From contig CAZSKP010000028.1 in NCBI GenBank assembly GCA_964607485.1, positions 38,087 to 63,786 of the forward strand: a DNA stretch of 25,700 bases. The letters are read 5' to 3'. The stretch is from an uncultured bacterium. Its GTDB lineage: Bacteria; Abyssobacteria; SURF-5. The notes under the pieces are model-generated. The model made no database searches. It was not told the origin of the DNA and saw only the letters and a list, made by a program, of their open reading frames with translations. Shown here piece by piece: positions 16,275 through 25,008 of this stretch (the stretch's first letter is position 1; each line of letters begins with the position of its first letter). A program made the translations under genes and the position numbers.

Positions 16275-17507
16275 CTAACGATGTCTCACCGATTCAAGGA
16301 GTTCGACGAATCCTTCCAGCCGTGTGAGCATCTGGCCGTAGGGCGTCGCCCTCTTGTCAACGGCGTCACCGTCCAGCGTAAGAAAGGGCACGCCGGCCTT
16401 GTCCATCGCCTTCTTGAACAAACGGTTCTCGCCATAGTTCCACCTGCATCCCCATTGAAGGAAATGGACGACGCCGTCAACGTGGTACTCCCTCACGAGC
16501 CGGAGCATGCGCTCGATTTTTCTATTCATTTCCGACAGCTCGGGGTTGGACAGGATTTTCGTCGCAAGGGCGCGGAACGGGTCTCGCACATCCAGTTCCG
16601 GCCACCATGCCTCGCCCAGCAGGTCCACAACAATGACCGCGCGCATCACCTGCTCGAGGTGCGCCATCAGGTCGGTCTCAAAGACCGGACGCAGATGAAT
16701 CCACATCAGCCGGTAGTTCTCGCCGCCCTGCACGGCGGCGACGCCCTCGGCAACGCGGCGCGCCGCCTCGTCGCGGAGTGACTCTGCAATGTTCACGCCT
16801 GTCTGCGTTCCCCAGGGATATACCAACCCCATGCCGATGAACTGCGAGCCTGTGGCGGGCGCAGGTATGTGTTTGCGCAGCTCGTACAAATCCGTAAAGC
16901 CTTTTCGCGCTTGATTCGACAGGTCGATAGATTCCCTCAGTCTGTCGATGTCGAACTCTGTCTCCGAGAGTTCACAGAGCCTTCGGGCGAGACGTTCAAG
17001 CTGGTCGGCCACATACTCGACGGTCTCATCCGACTTCGGCGACGGAACGTCCAGCATGTGAAATTCGACGCCCACGCTGTCGGCCCCAATCCGGGCAATC
17101 TTCGGAGCTCCCTCGCATAGATGCGATGTGCAAACCACCACGTCGGGCCGTGGGAACAGCTGCATCATCGCCCCTCCCATGGCGGCCCGCAGAAACGTGC
17201 ACATGTCGCGCGAGGGCAGCGCCGCGTCGGCGCGGTCGAATACTTCGTTCATCTCGACCCAGCCGGAGAATCCCCCCGCGCCGTCCAGCCAGAACGGTAT
17301 GTATCCGCAGCCGAACACCAGCTCGGGAGGGGTGAACACGTTAATCCATGCCACCGGCTGCTTCTCGGCGAACGCCTTGTACAGGAGACGCGCATAGTGC
17401 ATCCCGCGCATGAGGATTCCGTTCAGCGCGGTCGGGTCGATTTCCTCCGCCCCGCTCTTTTCGAGCAGTCTCCGGATTATTTCAGGCCTCTCAGGCGTCG
17501 AATTCAT
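16275..17507 (-). CDS. 2-hydroxyacyl-CoA dehydratase family subunit (HgdA/B, FldB/C, BcrB/C-like)
   Basis: PPEL, RDMCTF, PRPD...SHLCEG, DGVVHFLQWGCR, PFLTLDGD, GQMLTRLEGFVE; three cluster-type Cys. Confidence 0.9.
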   Translation of the reverse strand: MNSTPERPEIIRRLLEKSGAEEIDPTALNGILMRGMHYARLLYKAFAEKQPVAWINVFTPPELVFGCGYIPFWLDGAGGFSGWVEMNEVFDRADAALPSRDMCTFLRAAMGGAMMQLFPRPDVVVCTSHLCEGAPKIARIGADSVGVEFHMLDVPSPKSDETVEYVADQLERLARRLCELSETEFDIDRLRESIDLSNQARKGFTDLYELRKHIPAPATGSQFIGMGLVYPWGTQTGVNIAESLRDEAARRVAEGVAAVQGGENYRLMWIHLRPVFETDLMAHLEQVMRAVIVVDLLGEAWWPELDVRDPFRALATKILSNPELSEMNRKIERMLRLVREYHVDGVVHFLQWGCRWNYGENRLFKKAMDKAGVPFLTLDGDAVDKRATPYGQMLTRLEGFVELLESVRHR

Positions 17508-17537
17508 CTGTTATCGACTCCCGCATACGACCCACCC

Positions 17538-18605
17538 CTATCTCAGCATCTCCAGGAACGCTTCGATGCGAGTTCTCATTCGCTCGCGCTCATTGACCGA
17601 GTAGTCGGTCTCGCAACGCAGGGCGCGAATGCCCCGCGATTGCAGTTCATGGCTGAGCGTCACCCAATCGAGCATGTGAGGATCACAGAATTTCACAGTG
17701 TAGTAGATCAGCCCATGCGCGCCCGACTCTTCGACGAGTCGCACCAGACGCTCGACGCGAGCCCCCGTGTCGGACATGCGCGCGCACGGCGGCCGGAAGA
17801 TATACCTCTTGGCGATTGCCATGAGCGGCTCTTCGTCCGTGGGCGTGAGTTCCTCGAAGTATCTGCTTCCGCAGCACATGTCGTCTGCGACGACTCTTCC
17901 GCCTGACCCCTCGATCGCGCCGAGCACCCACGGATCGTCAAGCACCCCGCCTGCTAACACTACTCTGAAGGTGAAACCGTTATCCGGAACGGAAGAATCG
18001 AATGTCTCCACACGGTCGCGCCACCGCGAGTTGAATTCTTCCTTCGGCGCAGTCATCGCTTCACACAGAATTTCATAGAACCGCCTGCCCGACATAGACG
18101 AAGACGCGCACCGCAGTCGGCTCAGTTTTTGGAGTAAGGAGCGGGTCTCATTCACGGTTTCGATTCCGTGACGGAGGTCTTCATCAGAGATGCTCAGGCG
18201 GAAGTGCTCGTCTAGAGAGCCAATGAGTTTATTCAGCTCAGCCGCATAGTATCTCACTGCTTCTGGCGTGCGAAGATGTGGAAGAGCCAACATGTGGGAG
18301 AAGCCGGGCGAAAGGTCGGAGCGCCATACGTCGAAGAGACGGCGCATTGCGTCGCAGGAATCGACGCCGATGATGCCGGCAAGGTCGCCAACACCGTTCT
18401 CAAGCGCCGAGTTGAGGCACGCGCGGACATACGCGCAGAGATTCGTATGAAGGTACGCATCCGCCCTTGCCGACCCGCCCGTCTTGCCGAGGATGCGTCT
18501 GCCTCGAAGGCCCGCCGCGACTATGATCTCTTCGGGCGTGTAGGTACAGAACCAGCCGAGCACGGGGGTCGCGTCACTTGGATTTCTCTCACTGGTCACG
18601 AGCAT
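17538..18605 (-). CDS. 2-hydroxyacyl-CoA dehydratase family subunit
   Basis: GWFCTYTPEEII, NLCAYVR, SCDAMRR, DDMCCGSRYF, KFCDPH, ETDY, TRIEAFLEML. Confidence 0.92.
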   Translation of the reverse strand: MLVTSERNPSDATPVLGWFCTYTPEEIIVAAGLRGRRILGKTGGSARADAYLHTNLCAYVRACLNSALENGVGDLAGIIGVDSCDAMRRLFDVWRSDLSPGFSHMLALPHLRTPEAVRYYAAELNKLIGSLDEHFRLSISDEDLRHGIETVNETRSLLQKLSRLRCASSSMSGRRFYEILCEAMTAPKEEFNSRWRDRVETFDSSVPDNGFTFRVVLAGGVLDDPWVLGAIEGSGGRVVADDMCCGSRYFEELTPTDEEPLMAIAKRYIFRPPCARMSDTGARVERLVRLVEESGAHGLIYYTVKFCDPHMLDWVTLSHELQSRGIRALRCETDYSVNERERMRTRIEAFLEMLR

Positions 18606-18626
18606 CCCCCGACCAACCGTCGTGCT

Positions 18627-19151
18627 CTATGCGCGCCGTCTCCCGGACTTCTTTCGCGCCATCCAGCACTCCGGTTCGTGAGCGCCGTCGAGCTTGCCGA
18701 TGCTCAGCAGAAAACTCTCAACAATCTTGGGTCCCATGAAGCGGAACCGTTTCTTGAACTCCTTGTGAAAATCTTCGGGCGGACCAGTCAGGCTGGAGAG
18801 GTAATTCGCAAACGATCCGTACTGGGCTATGATCTTTGTTAACCGCTTTGCATTCTCGATCGTCGCTTCGATCTTCAACCGGTTCCGTATGATGGCCTTG
18901 TCGTTCAGAAGGCGCGAGACGTCCTTCTCCGTGAACGAGGCGACGCGTTTAATCGAGAAGTTAGAAAAAGCTTTCCTGAAGGCCGGCCGCTTTTGCAGCA
19001 CCAAACGCCAGTTCAGCCCGGCCTGGAAGAGTTCCAGTGTCAACCTTTCAAAAAGCTCGTCATCACTCTCGAGCGCTATGCCCCATTCTTTGTCGTGGTA
19101 TTCGATCAAGAGCGGGTCGTCCGCGGCCCATGAGCAACGCTTTCTTTCCAA
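18627..19151 (-). CDS. tag: DNA-3-methyladenine glycosylase I
   Basis: RCSWA, YHDKEWG, LELFQAGLNW, IIRNRLKI, C-terminal H-x3-C zinc ligands; TTG start. Confidence 0.92.
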   Translation of the reverse strand: MERKRCSWAADDPLLIEYHDKEWGIALESDDELFERLTLELFQAGLNWRLVLQKRPAFRKAFSNFSIKRVASFTEKDVSRLLNDKAIIRNRLKIEATIENAKRLTKIIAQYGSFANYLSSLTGPPEDFHKEFKKRFRFMGPKIVESFLLSIGKLDGAHEPECWMARKKSGRRRA

Positions 19152-19199
19152 GCGGCTAATCCTTTCGTTTGCTCCGCAATTAATTACGGAACACTTTCA

Positions 19200-19228
19200 A
19201 TTGTAGCACTGCGAGAACGGTCAAGCAA
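19200..19228 (-). promoter_or_regulatory. Probable sigma70 promoter of tag and the dehydratase genes
   Basis: Minus strand reads TTGCTT-N17-TACAAT with extended TG. Confidence 0.5.
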
Positions 19229-19331
19229 CCCGTTTGCGGCGAAGCATAGTCTGAAAAAGGGACAATTCCTCACGGGAGAGAAGAAACCACTAATGGCGCG
19301 AAGGGGGAAGAATCAGGGTATGGTTGGGCCG

Positions 19332-20501
19332 TCATGCAACGGCGCTTGGTAGCGCCACCGCCGGCTCGACTTTTTCCCTTGCCGATTCTCTTTGAATCGA
19401 AAGGAAGAGGTTATTTGCGAGTTGCGAGTCGAGTTTTTTCAGTATCTTGTATTCCTCCAAGGCGAGGTCGCGAACCCCAAGGACCGAGTAGGCCACTCCA
19501 AGCCGGCTGTGAGCTTTGGTATAGTCGGGGTCGAGCGCTATCGCCTGCTTGAATGCCTGGACGGCGTCGGTCTGCTGACCCAACGCGTCGTACGTGATCC
19601 CCAGGTTGTAATATGCAAAAGCATAATCCGGCTTGAGGATTATCGCCTTCTTGTATGCCTCGACGGCTGTTTCGGGTTGGCCCAAGTTGGCGCGTGCGAC
19701 CCCAAGATTGATATGTGCAAAAACATGCTCGGGTTCGAGGTCTATCGCCTGTCGAAACGAGTTTACCGCTTCCTGCCAGAGCTCCGAATTCGCGTATGCA
19801 ACTCCCAAGTTGTAATACGCCTCGGCCCAGTCCGGCTTGAGCTTGATCGCCTGCCTGAAGGCCTCCGCGGCTTCGGAGTGCCGGCCCAGTTGCAGGCTTG
19901 CATTTCCGAGGTTGTAGTGCACCTCGGCCATCTCCGGCTTCGGGTTTATTCTTTGCTTGTATGCCTCCACGGTTTCGGAGTGACGCCCCAGCTCCAGATA
20001 GATCGTCTTGAGCTTGAAGTGGGCCTGGTTGTTGCTCGGCTTGAGGTGCATCGTCCGGCGGAACGCGTTCGCCGCCTCGGACCAGCGTCCCAGCTTCACA
20101 TAAGCGTTGCCCAGATGGTAATGAGCCTCGGCCCAATCCGGCTTGAGCCGTATTATTTCCTTGCACGTCTCCACAACTTCCAGATGATGACCAAGCGCAT
20201 CGTAGGCAATCCCCAGCTTATAGTACGCCTCGGCCCAGTCTTCCTGGAGGCTTATCGCCCGCTTGTACGACTCCACGGCATCGGAGTATCGGCGCACCAT
20301 GCTGTATGCGGTTCCCAGCTTGTAGTGTAAATCGGCGCGGTCGGGTTTGAGCTTTACCGCCATATCGAACCGATCGATGGCTTCTGCGGTCCGGCCGAGT
20401 TCCTCATACGCAATTCCTAATTTATAGTGGGCGTCGGCGTTGGCCGGTCGCAGGGCCGTCCACATGCGCCGAAAGAAGAGGTGGAGACTTCTTTTCTTCA
20501 A
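19332..20501 (-). CDS. Tetratricopeptide-repeat protein (about 10 TPRs)
   Basis: 34-aa periodic A-x-Y-x-LG-x-AY...A...F/Y-x-x-AI-x-LKPD; TTG at 20501 follows AAAGGAG. The track start is 20555. Confidence 0.92.
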   Translation of the reverse strand: MKKRSLHLFFRRMWTALRPANADAHYKLGIAYEELGRTAEAIDRFDMAVKLKPDRADLHYKLGTAYSMVRRYSDAVESYKRAISLQEDWAEAYYKLGIAYDALGHHLEVVETCKEIIRLKPDWAEAHYHLGNAYVKLGRWSEAANAFRRTMHLKPSNNQAHFKLKTIYLELGRHSETVEAYKQRINPKPEMAEVHYNLGNASLQLGRHSEAAEAFRQAIKLKPDWAEAYYNLGVAYANSELWQEAVNSFRQAIDLEPEHVFAHINLGVARANLGQPETAVEAYKKAIILKPDYAFAYYNLGITYDALGQQTDAVQAFKQAIALDPDYTKAHSRLGVAYSVLGVRDLALEEYKILKKLDSQLANNLFLSIQRESAREKVEPAVALPSAVA

Positions 20502-20756
20502 GGTGCCGGCTCCTTTATAGTCTCTGAATGCGGTCCTTGGAGAACCCGTGAACAACTTAGTCTGTTTCGGGGTGTGAACGGATGCATTTTTTGTGCCTTA
20601 GGCGTCTTTCCAGGCGAGAAATTCGACAATATACCTATAACATATTGCAATATTGGAAGTTATGAACTGCGAGGAAGAGCCGCATCGACGTCGCACGGGG
20701 CCAGCTTTTCGACGTTTTTGAACGCGGGAGGCGATATACAACCTCCGTTTCGGAAA

Positions 20757-20814
20757 TCTCACGCCAAGCCGCAAAGACAAAAATCCATAGGCGGCTTTGC
20801 GACTTTGCGTGAGA
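20757..20814. repeat. REP-like inverted repeat
   Basis: TCTCACGCCAAGCCGCAAAG-N18-CTTTGCGACTTTGCGTGAGA, 20-bp arms with 2 mismatches. Confidence 0.8.
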
Positions 20815-20957
20815 ATCTTGTATAGAGCAGATTGCGCAGATTCAGGACAGGAACCAGACAGGGGCAGGCCAGATTTTCCGGAAGCGATTGAAAAGAGAGG
20901 TCACTGGGGCAGGGTCCATCTTCTGTGAACTATGTCCCGAATTTTCTCAGGACCCTA

Positions 20958-21209
20958 TTACCCTACGCCCCTGTCCTTCCAGGCGGGCAGCTTTGCCATC
21001 ATGATTTTTGCCGCATCCCTCGCCGCCGAGCAGTCAAGCCCCTGCGTCCTGACGATGAAGCCGGCCAGCGAATCGAGCTTTTCCTCGTAGGACTGCATCG
21101 AGCCGTCGGGCCGGGCGCAGTGGACGCAGTAGTCGCGGCTCTAGTCCTGCATGGCGAAGTCCTCGGGCTTTTCCATCGGCATGCCGCAGGCGATGCACGC
21201 CTTTCTCAT
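20958..21209 (-). pseudogene. Zinc-ribbon (Zn_ribbon_2-like) protein gene with in-frame TAG at codon 23
   Basis: MRKACIACGMPMEKPEDFAMQD*SRDYCVHCARPDGSMQSYEEKLDSLAGFIVRTQGLDCSAARDAAKIMMAKLPAWKDRGVG; two CxxC pairs, LPAWK tail, G-rich RBS; TAG at 21141-21143. Confidence 0.8.
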
Positions 21210-21265
21210 TGCACTTCCCCCCAGCTAAATAAAGGCCGACTCCGTTTTCTCGCCCTAAAGTAAAC

Positions 21266-21308
21266 GAGACCGGCGACGCGCTGATTTCAAACCCGCGTCG
21301 CCAGTCTC
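21266..21308 (-). terminator. Probable terminator after the VOC gene
   Basis: 15-bp stem GAGACCGGCGACGCG / CGCGTCGCCAGTCTC (one mismatch), then GTTTACTTT on the minus strand. Confidence 0.6.
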
Positions 21309-21329
21309 TATGATATCACACTATCCGCT

Positions 21330-21815
21330 TTATTTTTTGGCCGTTTGTGCAAAGAACTCTTCTGCCCTCTGGCGAACTTGTTCGGGCGTGAGGTCTTCTT
21401 TGTGGGTGGCAAGGTCCCATTCATGTCCGAACGGGTCTGCAACCTTGCCGTAGCGGTCGCCCCAGAACATGTCGCTCACAGGCATGCGAACCTCCGCGCC
21501 CGCTTTTACGGCCCGGTCGAAAACCGTGTCGACGTCTTCGACGTAGAGGAAAAGCGACACGGCCGTTCCGCCCAACGTCTCAGCCGAGCGGGTCGTGCCT
21601 TCGGGACACTCGGAGCCGAGGAAGACACGGGAACTCCCGATCTGGAGTTCGGCGTGCATGACGTTCTCATCACCCGGCGCACTCATCCGCATAATCTCCT
21701 TTGCGCCAAAGGCTTTCTTGTAAAACTCGATAGCGCGACCTGCGTCCTTCACAACCAGGAGCGGCGTGATTGTATGATATCCCTCAGGTATCGGTCTCAC
21801 TTTATTTGTTTTCAT
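21330..21815 (-). CDS. VOC / glyoxalase-bleomycin resistance (PhnB-like) protein
   Basis: PIPEGYHTITP, AIEFYKKAFGA, MHAELQIG, DMFWGDRYG-x-V-x-DPFGHEW; GGAGG RBS. Confidence 0.93.
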   Translation of the reverse strand: MKTNKVRPIPEGYHTITPLLVVKDAGRAIEFYKKAFGAKEIMRMSAPGDENVMHAELQIGSSRVFLGSECPEGTTRSAETLGGTAVSLFLYVEDVDTVFDRAVKAGAEVRMPVSDMFWGDRYGKVADPFGHEWDLATHKEDLTPEQVRQRAEEFFAQTAKK

Positions 21816-21954
21816 CTTTCATCCCTCCATCCGTACGGGACATACTGTTTCTAACACCTTACCAAATATGCCCCTTTTTCCTCCGCCAGTCTAGACGAGA
21901 ATCCCCGTTCGCGAAAGCCGGACAGTTGCTGGGGTCGATTCTGATCAGATGGGA

Positions 21955-21973
21955 TTAAATGGGGACAGAGCCT
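21955..21973 (+). repeat. Direct repeat copy 1 at the 3' end of the patatin gene
   Basis: TTAAATGGGGACAGAGCCT; contains the patatin stop codon. Confidence 0.6.
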
Positions 21974-22938
21974 GCTCTCTCGAATAGTTCGCGGACCCTG
22001 AACTTCTTTTTGGAGAACAATTGGAATACCGCATTGAACCCCGACACCCCTCCATCGACAAGTTTTTGATAACCGCGCTCTAAACGACTCACTTCTTTGG
22101 AATCCTTTGAGGGTCGCACCAGGTAGATGTATGGGGGGCCGTCTCCCTTCTTAGTTTTCGATTCCAGAAACGCGACGTCCTTCGGATGCTTTTCTCTCCG
22201 TCGATAGAGCGCTTGTTCAATGCCCGGATACTGTTTCAGCGTGGCCCGTGTGATGATTTTTTCCAGGATGCTTGGCGGAGGTATCTGTTGGCCGGGCAGG
22301 CGGCTTGAGAAAACCAGGGTGTGAGTACAACCTTCTTCAATAGCTGATGGGAACGGGATGGCTTCGAATACTCCTCCATCGAAATAGTGGCGGCCGTCTA
22401 TTTGTACCGGCGGCCCGGCGACGGCGGGAAGCCTGGCTGTGGCGAGGAGCGCCCGATAAATGTCATCCGGCGACGAAAAATCCCGAAGACGAGCCGCCTT
22501 CAGTTCTTCTACACAACTTGCCAGCATCACGAGCGGAATCGGAGAGGCGAGTATCGCTTTACAATCCAGAACCTTCTGCTTCTTGGTAACTTCATATACC
22601 AAATAGTCGAGAGACATAATCGGTCGCTGGGAGTAAAGCAGTCGGCGCATATTTATAAACATTCGATTGTTGATATTCTGATAGTATATCGTGCCCCCAT
22701 AGGTCGCCTGACCTGCAATGAGATACGCGCCATTGAAGGCGCCCGCGGATGTGCCGTATATAACATCGAACACATTCAACAGCCCCAAATGCTCTATGGC
22801 GACTCCCATGCCGGAAGTGACTATCCCCCTCATCCCGCCGCCTTCTATAGCCAATCCCAGCTTAAATCGGTCGGTGCGCTCACCGGGGCGAGAGTTCTCC
22901 TCTTTCCTCTTCCGCATCAACTCCAAAACCGCATGCAT
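21955..22938 (-). CDS. Patatin-like phospholipase
   Basis: EGGGMRG oxyanion loop, GTSAG nucleophile, DGG catalytic Asp; GAGG RBS. Confidence 0.93.
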   Translation of the reverse strand: MHAVLELMRKRKEENSRPGERTDRFKLGLAIEGGGMRGIVTSGMGVAIEHLGLLNVFDVIYGTSAGAFNGAYLIAGQATYGGTIYYQNINNRMFINMRRLLYSQRPIMSLDYLVYEVTKKQKVLDCKAILASPIPLVMLASCVEELKAARLRDFSSPDDIYRALLATARLPAVAGPPVQIDGRHYFDGGVFEAIPFPSAIEEGCTHTLVFSSRLPGQQIPPPSILEKIITRATLKQYPGIEQALYRRREKHPKDVAFLESKTKKGDGPPYIYLVRPSKDSKEVSRLERGYQKLVDGGVSGFNAVFQLFSKKKFRVRELFERAGSVPI

Positions 22939-22968
22939 ACGCTTTACCTCTTGTTTCCGGGCTGTGAC

Positions 22969-22985
22969 TTAAAGGGGACAGACCT
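22969..22985 (+). repeat. Direct repeat copy 2 just upstream of the patatin gene
   Basis: TTAAAGGGGACAGACCT; equals copy 1 with two single-base gaps. Confidence 0.6.
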
Positions 22986-23054
22986 CATTTTTTCACACGT
23001 CCTCATGCGTTCCAGTTTCCAAGAGTTTTCGATTCGGCCTGCGTGCCCAAAATT

Positions 23055-23083
23055 ATAGTATATGCACCGACTTCACCTGTCAA
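23055..23083 (-). promoter_or_regulatory. Probable sigma70 promoter reading into the patatin gene
   Basis: Minus strand reads TTGACA-N17-TACTAT, overlapping a TATAAT. Confidence 0.6.
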
Positions 23084-23268
23084 GGCAGCCAAGTGCTCTC
23101 ACAAGGATACTGAGACATTGTCTTCACGGCGTGTTACACGGATATAATATCGGGAGTATGCTACAATGAAAGCACATGTCACGATTCAATGGAAAGACAG
23201 CTTGCGAGAAACGGTCAGAGGAGCATGTCACTACCACAGAAGCTGGGACCGTTATCGGAGGCAGCCCG

Positions 23269-24801
23269 ATGAAGAGAAACACGTTTTTGGTTAGCCTTTG
23301 CATCGTGTCTCTTCTGGGAGCCTCATCGTTGATTTTCGCCACAAAATTGGGCGTTGGAACCGCTTACGATTCGGCCATCTATATCGGCGCCGCTCGAAAC
23401 CTGCTGGATGGCAAGGGTCTGACCATACCATTTATCAGCAACGAAGCAGAGCCGATGACCCACTATCCGCCATTGTTTCCGGTTTTGCTGTCGGCAATTG
23501 GATTTCTCGGCATAGACCCGATGGCGGCCGCCAGGTGGGTCAATGTATTTGTTTTTGGAGCCAACATCTTTCTGGTCGGCCTTGTGATATCCAGATTCAC
23601 TCACGGTTCTCCTTGGACCGCTCTCTTTGGTTCGCTTCTGACCGCAAGTTCCGCCGTTGTGCTGTGGATTCACCTGTGGGCGTCCACAGACCCATTGTTC
23701 ATCTTACTGGGGCTCGCGGGCATTTTCCTGATGCATGAATATCTGGAAAAGAAAGGCCAACCGCTTCTCATATGCTCTGCTGTTTTGATTGCGTTGGCTT
23801 TTCTCACAAGATATTCGGGGATTGCGCTCGTATGCACGGGGGCAATAGGCATTCTGTTGCTAAGTCCCAAAACATTATTTGAGAAGGCTCGGGATTCGTG
23901 CGTGTTTCTTGCTATCAGTTCTTTGCCGGTGGCGCTCTGGCTCGTGAGAAACGTTGCCTTGTCGGGAAACGCCACAGACCGAAGCGCAGCTTTTCACCCT
24001 ATTACGGCAACCCATCTTCGCCTTGCGCTTGAGAACATTTCAGCATGGATATTACCCACATCGGTTCCCGACACCATTCGGATGATCTCTGCGCTCATGT
24101 TCGTTACGGTGGCGGCGGCGGCACATGTGTTCTTGTCGCTGAGAAAAAAGAAACAGGCTGAAGGCGACGCTGCCACTCATTATCCATCCAGGTTCCACTC
24201 TCTGGCAGCTATTTTCATTATCACGTATGGCGCGCTCTTGGTTATCTCCATTTCGTTTTTCGATACGTACATACCGCTCGATGACCGAATCCTGTCGCCG
24301 ATACATGTTTTTGGGATGATTATCACTTTATGCATCGGATATCAACTGCTCAGTCTCGCGGAGGGAATGAAACTTGTCAAAATCTCTGCCGTTGCCGTTT
24401 GCACGCTGTTCTTGGCATTCTATCTTTCCAAAGGCGAATCTCTCGTCACGAGCGCTCATGACACTGGACTCGGCTTGGCCGGCAGAGAATGGCAAGATAA
24501 TCCCGACGTCAAGCAATTGAGGGAGCTTACTCCGGATGTCCATATTTATAGCAACAAACCATATGCGATCTACCTGCTGTCGGGAAGATCCGCTTCCCGG
24601 GTTCCTGGCAATCTTAATGACGAAACGGGAAAGACAAACGAGAGCTATCCCGCCGAAGTGGCGGCGATGAATGAGCAGCTCAGAAATAAGAAAGCGGTAG
24701 TTATCAATTTCGACGTTATCCCACCGCAATGGGGCATGCTCCTTGAAAAAGAGTCTGACGATCGGCCACGCCTATCTCCCGCTGACCGGTCGGCGGAATG
24801 A
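23269..24801 (+). CDS. ArnT/PMT-like GT-C polytopic membrane glycosyltransferase
   Basis: YDSAIYIGAARNL, HYPPLFP, STDPLF, LTRYSG, RILSP and more than 10 hydrophobic segments; ATG at 23269 follows GGAGG. The track start is 23176. Confidence 0.8.
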   Translation: MKRNTFLVSLCIVSLLGASSLIFATKLGVGTAYDSAIYIGAARNLLDGKGLTIPFISNEAEPMTHYPPLFPVLLSAIGFLGIDPMAAARWVNVFVFGANIFLVGLVISRFTHGSPWTALFGSLLTASSAVVLWIHLWASTDPLFILLGLAGIFLMHEYLEKKGQPLLICSAVLIALAFLTRYSGIALVCTGAIGILLLSPKTLFEKARDSCVFLAISSLPVALWLVRNVALSGNATDRSAAFHPITATHLRLALENISAWILPTSVPDTIRMISALMFVTVAAAAHVFLSLRKKKQAEGDAATHYPSRFHSLAAIFIITYGALLVISISFFDTYIPLDDRILSPIHVFGMIITLCIGYQLLSLAEGMKLVKISAVAVCTLFLAFYLSKGESLVTSAHDTGLGLAGREWQDNPDVKQLRELTPDVHIYSNKPYAIYLLSGRSASRVPGNLNDETGKTNESYPAEVAAMNEQLRNKKAVVINFDVIPPQWGMLLEKESDDRPRLSPADRSAE

Positions 24802-24996
24802 GAATTGGCCGAGTGAGGTCAATATCTTTCCGCCTGTTTGGATATTTGCGGGTCACCCTCTTCAGTGCGTTGAGAAACATGTTGGTCCACATCAGTATTC
24901 TCATTTGCGACGTTCATCCATAAGGTCATCCACTGTGCCCCAAAGGTTTCCCTGAAGGTAACAGCGCGGCCTTTCTTCACAAGCGTTGCATTCTTC
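24802..24996 (-). pseudogene. Decayed type II toxin-antitoxin pair (antitoxin C-terminus plus RelE/YafQ-like toxin N-terminus)
   Basis: Start-less frame ending YLQGNLWGTVDDLMDERRK* overlaps (ATGA, 24901-24904) with MRILMWTNMFLNALKRVTRKYPNRRKDIDLT, which then runs into the antisense of the GT-C gene. Confidence 0.6.
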
Positions 24997-25008
24997 TTAG
25001 ATGGTGGG

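Noticed and set aside
4681-18605. ldh plus 2-hydroxyacyl-CoA dehydratase as an acrylate pathway
   Set aside because: The genes are more than 10 kb apart, L-LDH gives the (S)-isomer while these dehydratases use (R)-substrates, and no CoA-transferase or activator is present.
19620-20350. Recurring GCCTCGGCCCA...CCGGCTTGAG motifs as a CRISPR-like array
   Set aside because: They are the coding sequence of TPR units (LKPDWAEA) at multiples of 102 nt; no cas genes are present.
20925-21263. 112-aa plus-strand ORF
   Set aside because: It is antisense to the zinc-ribbon gene, which has clear family motifs.
19332-22938. Patatin plus TPR as an anti-phage system (CBASS-like)
   Set aside because: No cyclase, STAND NTPase or other defence gene is present, and the genes are separated by unrelated ORFs and terminators.
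24716-24904. 62-aa ORF as an intact toxin
   Set aside because: Only the first 30 or so residues look RelE-like; the rest is antisense of the GT-C gene.
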